DNA from: the human T2T-CHM13v2.0 reference genome, Homo sapiens
NCBI RefSeq assembly: GCF_009914755.1
Contig: NC_060946.1
Strand: one strand, 5' to 3'
DNA: 64,000 nt
A model generated the notes under the pieces. It saw only the letters and a list, made by a program, of their open reading frames with translations. It made no database searches and had not been told where the DNA came from. The translations under genes and the position numbers were made by a program. Position 1 is the first letter of the stretch, and every line of letters begins with the position of its first letter. Below, one piece after another: positions 38,801-52,700 of the stretch.

Positions 38801-40720
38801 CCTGAAATCTATCCAAATATCCCCTCGCAGATTCTACAAAAAGAGTGTTTCAAAACTGTTCTGTAAAAAGAAAGGTTCAACTCTGTTAGTTGAGTACACA
38901 CATCACAAACAAGTATCACAGAATGCTTCTTTCTAGCTTGTAGGGGAAGATATTCCCTTTATCACCATGGGCCTCAAACCGTCCGAAACGTCCACTTCCA
39001 TATACTTCAAAAAGAGCGTTTCAAACCTGCTCTATGAAAGGCAATGTTCAACTCTGTGACTTGAATGCAGACATCACAGAGCTGTTTATGAGAATGCTTC
39101 TGTCTAGATTTTATAGGATGATATTCCCGTTTCCAACGAAATCTTCACAGCTATCCAAATATCCACTTGCAGATTCTACAAAAAGAGTGTATCCAAACTG
39201 CTCTGGCAAAAGGAAGGTTCTTCTCTGTTAGGTGAGTGCATACGTCATAAAGGAGTTTCTGAGAATGTTTCTGTCTAGTGGTTACGGGAAGATATTTGCT
39301 TTTTCACCGTAGGCCTCAGAGCGCTCCAAATATCCACTTGCACATACTACAAAAAGAGTGCCTCAAAGCTGCTCTCTGAAATGGAATGTTCAACTCTATG
39401 AGTTGAATGCAAACATCACAAAGACGTTTCTGAGAATGCTTCTGTCTAGATTTGATATGAAGATATTCCCGTTTCCAACGAAATCTTCAAATCTATCCAA
39501 ATGTCCACTTCTATAATCAACAAAAAGTGTTTTTCAGAACTGCTCTATCAAAAGAAAGATCCACCTCTGTTAGCTGAGTTCACACATCCAAACAAGTTTA
39601 TGAGAATGCTTCTGTCTAGTTTTTATTTGAAGATATTTCCTTTCTCACCATAGACCTGAAAGCTGTCCTAATGTTCACTTCCAGATACTACAGAAAGAGT
39701 GTTTAAAAACTGCTGTACGAAAGGGAATGTTCAACTCTGTGACTTGAATGCACACATCACAAAGAAGTTTCTGAGGATGCTGCTGTCTACTTTTTATACG
39801 TAATCCCGTTTCCAACGAAATCCTCCAAGCTATCCAAATATCCACTTGCAGATTCCACAGAAAGACTGTTTCAAAACTGCTCTGTCAATAGAAAGGTTCA
39901 ACTCTGTTAGCTGCGTGCATATATCCCAAAGAAGATTCTGAGATTGCTTCTGTCTAGTTTTTATGGGAAGATATTTCCCTTTTCACCGTAGGTGTCAAGG
40001 CGCTCCAAATGTCCACTTCCAGATACTACAAAAAGAGTGTTTCAAACCTACTCTGTGAAAAGGAATATTCAACTCTGTGACTTTAATGCACATATCACAA
40101 AGAAGTTTCTGAGAATGCTTCTGTCGAGATTTTATATGAAGATATTCCCGTTTCCAACGAAATCCTGAAATCTATCCAAATATCCCCTCGCAGATTCTAC
40201 AAAAAGAGTGTTTCAAAACTGCTCTGTAAAAAGAAAGGTTCAACTCTGTTAGTTGAGTACACACATCACAAACAAGTTTCACAGAATGCTTCTTTCTAGC
40301 TTGTAGGGGAAGATATTCCCTTTATCACCATGGGCCTCCAACCGTCCGAAACGTCCACTTCCATATACTACAAAAAGAGCGTTTCAAACCTGCTCTATGA
40401 AAGGCAATGTTCAACTCTGTGACTTGAATGCAGACATCACAGAGCAGTTTCTGAGAATGCTTCTGTCTAGATTTTATAGGAAGATATTCCCGTTTCCAAC
40501 GAAATCTTCACAGCTATCCAAATATCCACTTGCAGATTCTACAAAAAGAGTGTATCAAAACTGCTCTGTCAAAAGGAAGGTTCTTCTCTGTTAGGTGAGT
40601 GCATACGTCATAAAGGAGTTTCTGAGAATGTTTCTGTCTAGTGGTTATGGGAAGATATTTGCTTTTTCACCGTAGGCCTCAGAGCGCTCCAAATATCCAC
40701 TTGCACATACTACAAAAAGA
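29819..40720 (-). repeat. Mosaic transition zone mixing sub-array 1 and sub-array 2 HOR haplotypes
   Basis: Dimer-type units (ORFs 34943/36306 and 39034/40397) are interleaved with ctaggaaagg-type units (30851, 32215, 33579, 37671). Boundaries are approximate. Confidence 0.8.
34350..34366 (-). promoter_or_regulatory. Mutated CENP-B box (CGGG changed to CGAG)
   Basis: Reads tctcgtttccaacgaaa instead of tcccgtttccaacgaaa (C>T at 34352). Confidence 0.85.
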
Positions 40721-43700
40721 GTGCCTCAAAGCTGCTCTCTGAAACGGAATGTTCAACTCTATGAGTTGAATGCAAACATCACAAAGACGTTTCTGAGAAT
40801 GCTTCTGTCTAGATTTGATATGAAGATATTCCCGTTTCCAACGAAATCTTCAAATCTATCCAAATGTCCACTTGCAGATTCAACAAAAAGTGTTTTTCAG
40901 AACTGCTGTATCAAAAGAAAGATCCACGTCTGTTAGCTGAGTTCACACATCACAAACAAGTTTATGAGAATGCTTCTGTCTAGTTTTTATTTGAAGATAT
41001 TTCCTTTCTCACCATAGACCTGAAAGCTGTCCTAATGTTCACTTCCAGATACTACAGAAAGAGTGTTTCAAAACTGCTGTACGAAAGGGAATTTTCAACC
41101 CTGTGACTTGAATGCACACATCACAAAGAAGTTTCTGAGGATGCTGCTGTCTACTTTTTATACGTAATCCCGTTTCCAACGAAATCCTCCAAGCTATCCA
41201 AATATCCACTTGCAGATTCCACAGAAAGACTGTTTCAAAACTGCTCTGTCAATAGAAAGGTTCAACTCTGTTAGCTGCGTGCATATATCCCAAAGAAGAT
41301 TCTGAGATTGCTTCTGTCTAGTTTTTATGGGAAGATATTTCCCTTTTCACCGTAGGCGTCAAGGCGCTCCAAATGTCCACTTCCAGATACTACAAAAAGA
41401 GTGTTTCAAACCTACTCTGTGAAAGGGAATATTCAACTCTGTGACTTGAATGCACATATCACAAAGAAGTTTCTGAGAATGCTTCTGTCGAGATTTTATA
41501 TGAAGATATTCCCGTTTCCAACGAAATCCTGAAATCTATCCAAATATCCCCTCGCAGATTCTACAAAAAGAGTGTTTCAAAACTGCTCTGTAAAAAGAAA
41601 GGTTCAACTCTGTTAGTTGAGTACACACATCACAAACAAGTTTCACAGAATGCTTCTTTCTAGCTTGTAGGGGAAGATATTCCCTTTATCACCATGGGCC
41701 TCCAAACGTCCGAAACGTCCACTTCCATATACTACAAAAAGAGCGTTTCAAACCTGCTCTAGGAAAGGCAATGTTCAACTCTGTGACTTGAATGCAGACA
41801 TCACAGAGCAGTTTCTGAGAATGCTTCTGTCTAGATTTTATAGGAAGATATTCCCGTTTCCAACGAAATCTTCACAGCTATCCAAATATCCACTTGCAGA
41901 TTCTACAAAAAGAGTGTATCAAAACTGCTCTGTCAAAAGGAAGGTTCTTCTCTGTTAGGTGAGTGCATACGTCATAAAGGAGTTTCTGAGAATGTTTCTG
42001 TCTAGTGGTTATGGGAAGATATTTGCTTTTTCACCGTAGGCCTCAGAGCGCTCCAAATATCCACTTGCACATACTACAAAAAGAGTGCCTCAGAGCTGCT
42101 CTCTGAAACGGAATGTTCAACTCTATGAGTTGAATGCAAACATCACAAAGACGTTTCTGAGAATGCTTCTGTCTAGATTTGATATGAAGATATTCCCGTT
42201 TCCAACGAAATCTTCAAATCTATCCAAATGTCCACTTGCAGATTCAACAAAAAGTGTTTTTCAGAACTGCTCTATCAAAAGAAAGATCCACCTCTGTTAG
42301 CTGAGTTCACACATCACAAACAAGTTTATGAGAATGCTTCTGTCTAGTTTTTATTTGAAGATATTTCCTTTCTCACCATAGACCTGAAAGCTGTCCTAAT
42401 GTTCACTTCCAGATACTACAGAAAGAGTGTTTCAAAACTGCTGTACGAAAGGGAATGTTCAACTCTGTGACTTGAATGCACACATCACAAAGAAGTTTCT
42501 GAGGATGCTGCTGTCTACTTTTTATACGTAATCCCGTTTCCAACGAAATCCTCCAAGCTATCCAAATATCCACTTGCAGATTCCACAGAAAGACTGTTTC
42601 AAAACTGCTCTGTCAATAGAAAGGTTCAACTCTGTTAGCTGCGTGCATATATCCCAAAGAAGATTCTGAGATTCCTTCTGTCTAGTTTTTATGGGAAGAT
42701 ATTTCCCTTTTCACCGTAGGCGTCAAGGCGCTCCAAATGTCCACTTCCAGATACTACAAAAAGAGTGTTTCAAACCTACTCTGTGAAAGCGAATATTCAA
42801 CTCTGTGACTTGAATGCACATATCACAAAGAAGTTTCTGAGAATGCTTCTGTCGAGATTTTATATGAAGATATTCCCGTTTCCAACGAAATCCTGAAATC
42901 TATCCAAATATCCCCTCGCAGATTCTACAAAAAGAGTGTTTCAAAACTGCTCTGTAAAAAGAAAGGTTCAACTCTGTTAGTTGAGTACACACATCACAAA
43001 CAAGTTTCACAGAATGCTTCTTTCTAGCTTGTAGGGGAAGATATTCCCTTTATCACCATGGTCCTCAAACCGTCCGAAACGTCCACTTCCATATACTACA
43101 AAAAGAGCGTTTCAAACCTGCTCTAGGAAAGGCAATGTTCAACTCTGTGACTTGAATGCAGACATCACAGAGCAGTTTCTGAGAATGCTTCTGTCTAGAT
43201 TTTATAGGAAGATATTCCCGTTTCCAACGAAATCTTCACAGCTATCCAAATATCCACTTGCAGATTCTACAAAAAGAGTGTATCAAAACTGCTCTGTCAA
43301 AAGGAAGGTTCTTCTCTGTTAGGTGAGTGCATACGTCATAAAGGAGTTTCTGAGAATGTTTCTGTCTAGTGGTTATGGGAAGATATTTGCTTTTTCACCG
43401 TAGGCCTCAGAGCGCTCCAAATATCCACTTGCACATACTACAAAAAGAGTGCCTCAAAGCTGCTCTCTGAAACGGAATGTTCAACTCTATGAGTTGAATG
43501 CAAACATCACAAAGACGTTTCTGAGAATGCTTCTGTCTAGATTTGATATGAAGATATTCCCGTTTCCAACGAAATCTTCAAATCTATCCAAATGTCCACT
43601 TGCAGATTCAACAAAAAGTGTTTTTCAGAACTGCTGTATCAAAAGAAAGATCCACGTCTGTTAGCTGAGTTCACACATCACAAACAAGTTTATGAGAATG

Positions 43701-46700
43701 CTTCTGTCTAGTTTTTATTTGAAGATATTTCCTTTCTCACCATAGACCTGAAAGCTGTCCTAATGTTCACTTCCAGATACTACAGAAAGAGTGTTTCAAA
43801 ACTGCTGTACGAAAGGGAATTTTCAACCCTGTGACTTGAATGCACACATCACAAAGAAGTTTCTGAGGATGCTGCTGTCTACTTTTTATACGTAATCCCG
43901 TTTCCAACGAAATCCTCCAAGCTATCCAAATATCCACTTGCAGATTCCACAGAAAGACTGTTTCAAAACTGCTCTGTCAATAGAAAGGTTCAACTCTGTT
44001 AGCTGCGTGCATATATCCCGAAGAAGATTCTGAGATTGCTTCTGTCTAGTTTTTATGGGAAGATATTTCCCTTTTCACCGTAGGCGTCAAGGCGCTCCAA
44101 ATGTCCACTTCCAGATACTACAAAAAGAGTGTTTCAAACCTACTCTGTGAAAGGGAATATTCAACTCTGTGACTTGAATGCACATATCACAAAGAAGTTT
44201 CTGAGAATGCTTCTGTCGAGATTTTATATGAAGATATTCCCGTTTCCAACGAAATCCTGAAATCTATCCAAATATCCCCTCGCAGATTCTACAAAAAGAG
44301 TGTTTCAAAACTGCTCTGTAAAAAGAAAGGTTCAACTCTGTTAGTTGAGTACACACATCACAAACAAGTTTCACAGAATGCTTCTTTCTAGCTTGTAGGG
44401 GAAGATATTCCCTTTATCACCATGGGCCTCCAAACGTCCGAAACGTCCACTTCCATATACTACAAAAAGAGCGTTTCAAACCTGCTCTAGGAAAGGCAAT
44501 GTTCAACTCTGTGACTTGAATGCAGACATCACAGAGCAGTTTCTGAGAATGCTTCTGTCTAGATTTTATAGGAAGATATTCCCGTTTCCAACGAAATCTT
44601 CACAGCTATCCAAATATCCACTTGCAGATTCTACAAAAAGAGTGTATCAAAACTGCTCTGTCAAAAGGAAGGTTCTTCTCTGTTAGGTGAGTGCATACGT
44701 CATAAAGGAGTTTCTGAGAATGTTTCTGTCTAGTGGTTATGGGAAGATATTTGCTTTTTCACCGTAGGCCTCAGAGCGCTCCAAATATCCACTTGCACAT
44801 ACTACAAAAAGAGTGCCTCAGAGCTGCTCTCTGAAACGGAATGTTCAACTCTATGAGTTGAATGCAAACATCACAAAGACGTTTCTGAGAATGCTTCTGT
44901 CTAGATTTGATATGAAGATATTCCCGTTTCCAACGAAATCTTCAAATCTATCCAAATGTCCACTTGCAGATTCAACAAAAAGTGTTTTTCAGAACTGCTC
45001 TATCAAAAGAAAGATCCACCTCTGTTAGCTGAGTTCACACATCACAAACAAGTTTATGAGAATGCTTCTGTCTAGTTTTTATTTGAAGATATTTCCTTTC
45101 TCACCATAGACCTGAAAGCTGTCCTAATGTTCACTTCCAGATACTACAGAAAGAGTGTTTCAAAACTGCTGTACGAAAGGGAATGTTCAACTCTGTGACT
45201 TGAATGCACACATCACAAAGAAGTTTCTGAGGATGCTGCTGTCTACTTTTTATACGTAATCCCGTTTCCAACGAAATCCTCCAAGCTATCCAAATATCCA
45301 CTTGCAGATTCCACAGAAAGACTGTTTCAAAACTGCTCTGTCAATAGAAAGGTTCAACTCTGTTAGCTGCGTGCATATATCCCAAAGAAGATTCTGAGAT
45401 TGCTTCTGTCTAGTTTTTATGGGAAGATATTTCCCTTTTCACCGTAGGCGTCAAGGCGCTCCAAATGTCCACTTCCAGATACTACAAAAAGAGTGTTTCA
45501 AACCTACTCTGTGAAAGGGAATATTCAACTCTGTGACTTGAATGCACATATCACAAAGAAGTTTCTGAGAATGCTTCTGTCGAGATTTTATATGAAGATA
45601 TTCCCGTTTCCAACGAAATCCTGAAATCTATCCAAATATCCCCTCGCAGATTCTACAAAAAGAGTGTTTCAAAACTGCTCTGTAAAAAGAAAGGTTCAAC
45701 TCTGTTAGTTGAGTACACACATCACAAACAAGTTTCACAGAATGCTTCTTTCTAGCTTGTAGGGGAAGATATTCCCTTTATCACCATGGGCCTCCAAACG
45801 TCCGAAACGTCCACTTCCATATACTACAAAAAGAGCGTTTCAAACCTGCTCTAGGAAAGGCAATGTTCAACTCTGTGACTTGAATGCAGACATCACAGAG
45901 CAGTTTCTGAGAATGCTTCTGTCTAGATTTTATAGGAAGATATTCCCGTTTCCAACGAAATCTTCACAGCTATCCAAATATCCACTTGCAGATTCTACAA
46001 AAAGAGTGTATCAAAACTGCTCTGTCAAAAGGAAGGTTCTTCTCTGTTAGGTGAGTGCATACGTCATAAAGGAGTTTCTGAGAATGTTTCTGTCTAGTGG
46101 TTATGGGAAGATATTTGCTTTTTCACCGTAGGCCTCAGAGCGCTCCAAATATCCACTTGCACATACTACAAAAAGAGTGCCTCAGAGCTGCTCTCTGAAA
46201 CGGAATGTTCAACTCTATGAGTTGAATGCAAACATCACAAAGACGTTTCTGAGAATGCTTCTGTCTAGATTTGATATGAAGATATTCCCGTTTCCAACGA
46301 AATCTTCAAATCTATCCAAATGTCCACTTGCAGATTCAACAAAAAGTGTTTTTCAGAACTGCTCTATCAAAAGAAAGATCCACCTCTGTTAGCTGAGTTC
46401 ACACATCACAAACAAGTTTATGAGAATGCTTCTGTCTAGTTTTTATTTGAAGATATTTCCTTTCTCACCATAGACCTGAAAGCTGTCCTAATGTTCACTT
46501 CCAGATACTACAGAAAGAGTGTTTCAAAACTGCTGTACGAAAGGGAATGTTCAACTCTGTGACTTGAATGCACACATCACAAAGAAGTTTCTGAGGATGC
46601 TGCTGTCTACTTTTTATACGTAATCCCGTTTCCAACGAAATCCTCCAAGCTATCCAAATATCCACTTGCAGATTCCACAGAAAGACTGTTTCAAAACTGC

Positions 46701-49700
46701 TCTGTCAATAGAAAGGTTCAACTCTGTTAGCTGCGTGCATATATCCCAAAGAAGATTCTGAGATTCCTTCTGTCTAGTTTTTATGGGAAGATATTTCCCT
46801 TTTCACCGTAGGCGTCAAGGCGCTCCAAATGTCCACTTCCAGATACTACAAAAAGAGTGTTTCAAACCTACTCTGTGAAAGCGAATATTCAACTCTGTGA
46901 CTTGAATGCACATATCACAAAGAAGTTTCTGAGAATGCTTCTGTCGAGATTTTATATGAAGATATTCCCGTTTCCAACGAAATCCTGAAATCTATCCAAA
47001 TATCCCCTCGCAGATTCTACAAAAAGAGTGTTTCAAAACTGCTCTGTAAAAAGAAAGGTTCAACTCTGTTAGTTGAGTACACACATCACAAACAAGTTTC
47101 ACAGAATGCTTCTTTCTAGCTTGTAGGGGAAGATATTCCCTTTATCACCATGGTCCTCAAACCGTCCGAAACGTCCACTTCCATATACTACAAAAAGAGC
47201 GTTTCAAACCTGCTCTAGGAAAGGCAATGTTCAACTCTGTGACTTGAATGCAGACATCACAGAGCAGTTTCTGAGAATGCTTCTGTCTAGATTTTATAGG
47301 AAGATATTCCCGTTTCCAACGAAATCTTCACAGCTATCCAAATATCCACTTGCAGATTCTACAAAAAGAGTGTATCAAAACTGCTCTGTCAAAAGGAAGG
47401 TTCTTCTCTGTTAGGTGAGTGCATACGTCATAAAGGAGTTTCTGAGAATGTTTCTGTCTAGTGGTTATGGGAAGATATTTGCTTTTTCACCGTAGGCCTC
47501 AGAGCGCTCCAAATATCCACTTGCACATACTACAAAAAGAGTGCCTCAAAGCTGCTCTCTGAAACGGAATGTTCAACTCTATGAGTTGAATGCAAACATC
47601 ACAAAGACGTTTCTGAGAATGCTTCTGTCTAGATTTGATATGAAGATATTCCCGTTTCCAACGAAATCTTCAAATCTATCCAAATGTCCACTTGCAGATT
47701 CAACAAAAAGTGTTTTTCAGAACTGCTGTATCAAAAGAAAGATCCACGTCTGTTAGCTGAGTTCACACATCACAAACAAGTTTATGAGAATGCTTCTGTC
47801 TAGTTTTTATTTGAAGATATTTCCTTTCTCACCATAGACCTGAAAGCTGTCCTAATGTTCACTTCCAGATACTACAGAAAGAGTGTTTCAAAACTGCTGT
47901 ACGAAAGGGAATTTTCAACCCTGTGACTTGAATGCACACATCACAAAGAAGTTTCTGAGGATGCTGCTGTCTACTTTTTATACGTAATCCCGTTTCCAAC
48001 GAAATCCTCCAAGCTATCCAAATATCCACTTGCAGATTCCACAGAAAGACTGTTTCAAAACTGCTCTGTCAATAGAAAGGTTCAACTCTGTTAGCTGCGT
48101 GCATATATCCCAAAGAAGATTCTGAGATTGCTTCTGTCTAGTTTTTATGGGAAGATATTTCCCTTTTCACCGTAGGCGTCAAGGCGCTCCAAATGTCCAC
48201 TTCCAGATACTACAAAAAGAGTGTTTCAAACCTACTCTGTGAAAGGGAATATTCAACTCTGTGACTTGAATGCACATATCACAAAGAAGTTTCTGAGAAT
48301 GCTTCTGTCGAGATTTTATATGAAGATATTCCCGTTTCCAACGAAATCCTGAAATCTATCCAAATATCCCCTCGCAGATTCTACAAAAAGAGTGTTTCAA
48401 AACTGCTCTGTAAAAAGAAAGGTTCAACTCTGTTAGTTGAGTACACACATCACAAACAAGTTTCACAGAATGCTTCTTTCTAGCTTGTAGGGGAAGATAT
48501 TCCCTTTATCACCATGGGCCTCCAAACGTCCGAAACGTCCACTTCCATATACTACAAAAAGAGCGTTTCAAACCTGCTCTAGGAAAGGCAATGTTCAACT
48601 CTGTGACTTGAATGCAGACATCACAGAGCAGTTTCTGAGAATGCTTCTGTCTAGATTTTATAGGAAGATATTCCCGTTTCCAACGAAATCTTCACAGCTA
48701 TCCAAATATCCACTTGCAGATTCTACAAAAAGAGTGTATCAAAACTGCTCTGTCAAAAGGAAGGTTCTTCTCTGTTAGGTGAGTGCATACGTCATAAAGG
48801 AGTTTCTGAGAATGTTTCTGTCTAGTGGTTATGGGAAGATATTTGCTTTTTCACCGTAGGCCTCAGAGCGCTCCAAATATCCACTTGCACATACTACAAA
48901 AAGAGTGCCTCAGAGCTGCTCTCTGAAACGGAATGTTCAACTCTATGAGTTGAATGCAAACATCACAAAGACGTTTCTGAGAATGCTTCTGTCTAGATTT
49001 GATATGAAGATATTCCCGTTTCCAACGAAATCTTCAAATCTATCCAAATGTCCACTTGCAGATTCAACAAAAAGTGTTTTTCAGAACTGCTCTATCAAAA
49101 GAAAGATCCACCTCTGTTAGCTGAGTTCACACATCACAAACAAGTTTATGAGAATGCTTCTGTCTAGTTTTTATTTGAAGATATTTCCTTTCTCACCATA
49201 GACCTGAAAGCTGTCCTAATGTTCACTTCCAGATACTACAGAAAGAGTGTTTCAAAACTGCTGTACGAAAGGGAATGTTCAACTCTGTGACTTGAATGCA
49301 CACATCACAAAGAAGTTTCTGAGGATGCTGCTGTCTACTTTTTATACGTAATCCCGTTTCCAACGAAATCCTCCAAGCTATCCAAATATCCACTTGCAGA
49401 TTCCACAGAAAGACTGTTTCAAAACTGCTCTGTCAATAGAAAGGTTCAACTCTGTTAGCTGCGTGCATATATCCCAAAGAAGATTCTGAGATTGCTTCTG
49501 TCTAGTTTTTATGGGAAGATATTTCCCTTTTCACCGTAGGCGTCAAGGCGCTCCAAATGTCCACTTCCAGATACTACAAAAAGAGTGTTTCAAACCTACT
49601 CTGTGAAAGCGAATATTCAACTCTGTGACTTGAATGCACATATCACAAAGAAGTTTCTGAGAATGCTTCTGTCGAGATTTTATATGAAGATATTCCCGTT

Positions 49701-52700
49701 TCCAACGAAATCCTGAAATCTATCCAAATATCCCCTCGCAGATTCTACAAAAAGAGTGTTTCAAAACTGCTCTGTAAAAAGAAAGGTTCAACTCTGTTAG
49801 TTGAGTACACACATCACAAACAAGTTTCACAGAATGCTTCTTTCTAGCTTGTAGGGGAAGATATTCCCTTTATCACCATGGTCCTCAAACCGTCCGAAAC
49901 GTCCACTTCCATATACTACAAAAAGAGCGTTTCAAACCTGCTCTAGGAAAGGCAATGTTCAACTCTGTGACTTGAATGCAGACATCACAGAGCAGTTTCT
50001 GAGAATGCTTCTGTCTAGATTTTATAGGAAGATATTCCCGTTTCCAACGAAATCTTCACAGCTATCCAAATATCCACTTGCAGATTCTACAAAAAGAGTG
50101 TATCAAAACTGCTCTGTCAAAAGGAAGGTTCTTCTCTGTTAGGTGAGTGCATACGTCATAAAGGAGTTTCTGAGAATGTTTCTGTCTAGTGGTTATGGGA
50201 AGATATTTGCTTTTTCACCGTAGGCCTCAGAGCGCTCCAAATATCCACTTGCACATACTACAAAAAGAGTGCCTCAAAGCTGCTCTCTGAAACGGAATGT
50301 TCAACTCTATGAGTTGAATGCAAACATCACAAAGACGTTTCTGAGAATGCTTCTGTCTAGATTTGATATGAAGATATTCCCGTTTCCAACGAAATCTTCA
50401 AATCTATCCAAATGTCCACTTGCAGATTCAACAAAAAGTGTTTTTCAGAACTGCTGTATCAAAAGAAAGATCCACGTCTGTTAGCTGAGTTCACACATCA
50501 CAAACAAGTTTATGAGAATGCTTCTGTCTAGTTTTTATTTGAAGATATTTCCTTTCTCACCATAGACCTGAAAGCTGTCCTAATGTTCACTTCCAGATAC
50601 TACAGAAAGAGTGTTTCAAAACTGCTGTACGAAAGGGAATGTTCAACCCTGTGACTTGAATGCACACATCACAAAGAAGTTTCTGAGGATGCTGCTGTCT
50701 ACTTTTTATACGTAATCCCGTTTCCAACGAAATCCTCCAAGCTATCCAAATATCCACTTGCAGATTCCACAGAAAGACTGTTTCAAAACTGCTCTGTCAA
50801 TAGAAAGGTTCAACTCTGTTAGCTGCGTGCATATATCCCAAAGAAGATTCTGAGATTGCTTCTGTCTAGTTTTTATGGGAAGATATTTCCCTTTTCACCG
50901 TAGGCGTCAAGGCGCTCCAAATGTCCACTTCCAGATACTACAAAAAGAGTGTTTCAAACCTACTCTGTGAAAGGGAATATTCAACTCTGTGACTTGAATG
51001 CACATATCACAAAGAAGTTTCTGATAATGCTTCTGTCGAGATTTTATATGAAGATATTCCCGTTTCCAACGAAATCCTGAAATCTATCCAAATATCCCCT
51101 CGCAGATTCTACAAAAAGAGTGTTTCAAAACTGCTCTGTAAAAAGAAAGGTTCAACTCTGTTAGTTGAGTACACACATCACAAACAAGTTTCACAGAATG
51201 CTTCTTTCTAGCTTGTAGGGGAAGATATTCCCTTTATCACCATGGGCCTCCAACCGTCCGAAACGTCCACTTCCATATACTACAAAAAGAGCGTTTCAAA
51301 CCTGCTCTAGGAAAGGCAATGTTCAACTCTGTGACTTGAATGCAGACATCACAGAGCAGTTTCTGAGAATGCTTCTGTCTAGATTTTATAGGAAGATATT
51401 CCCGTTTCCAACGAAATCTTCACAGCTATCCAAATATCCACTTGCAGATTCTACAAAAAGAGTGTATCAAAACTGCTCTGTCAAAAGGAAGGTTCTTCTC
51501 TGTTAGGTGAGTGCATACGTCATAAAGGAGTTTCTGAGAATGTTTCTGTCTAGTGGTTATGGGAAGATATTTGCTTTTTCACCGTAGGCCTCAGAGCGCT
51601 CCAAATATCCACTTGCACATACTACAAAAAGAGTGCCTCAAAGCTGCTCTCTGAAACGGAATGTTCAACTCTATGAGTTGAATGCAAACATCACAAAGAC
51701 GTTTCTGAGAATGCTTCTGTCTAGATTTGATATGAAGATATTCCCGTTTCCAACGAAATCTTCAAATCTATCCAAATGTCCACTTGCAGATTCAACAAAA
51801 AGTGTTTTTCAGAACTGCTGTATCAAAAGAAAGATCCACGTCTGTTAGCTGAGTTCACACATCACAAACAAGTTTATGAGAATGCTTCTGTCTAGTTTTT
51901 ATTTGAAGATATTTCCTTTCTCACCATAGACCTGAAAGCTGTCCTAATGTTCACTTCCAGATACTACAGAAAGAGTGTTTCAAAACTGCTGTACGAAAGG
52001 GAATGTTCAACCCTGTGACTTGAATGCACACATCACAAAGAAGTTTCTGAGGATGCTGCTGTCTACTTTTTATACGTAATCCCGTTTCCAACGAAATCCT
52101 CCAAGCTATCCAAATATCCACTTGCAGATTCCACAGAAAGACTGTTTCAAAACTGCTCTGTCAATAGAAAGGTTCAACTCTGTTAGCTGCGTGCATATAT
52201 CCCGAAGAAGATTCTGAGATTGCTTCTGTCTAGTTTTTATGGGAAGATATTTCCCTTTTCACCGTAGGCGTCAAGGCGCTCCAAATGTCCACTTCCAGAT
52301 ACTACAAAAAGAGTGTTTCAAACCTACTCTGTGAAAGGGAATATTCAACTCTGTGACTTGAATGCACATATCACAAAGAAGTTTCTGAGAATGCTTCTGT
52401 CGAGATTTTATATGAAGATATTCCCGTTTCCAACGAAATCCTGAAATCTATCCAAATATCCCCTCGCAGATTCTACAAAAAGAGTGTTTCAAAACTGCTC
52501 TGTAAAAAGAAAGGTTCAACTCTGTTAGTTGAGTACACACATCACAAACAAGTTTCACAGAATGCTTCTTTCTAGCTTGTAGGGGAAGATATTCCCTTTA
52601 TCACCATGGGCCTCCAAACGTCCGAAACGTCCACTTCCATATACTACAAAAAGAGCGTTTCAAACCTGCTCTAGGAAAGGCAATGTTCAACTCTGTGACT

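Noticed and set aside
3019-39285. Isolated singleton substitutions (e.g. 3019, 5748, 6685, 29983, 33626, 39285)
   Set aside because: Each is seen once and cannot be told apart from sequencing or consensus error or ordinary private mutation.
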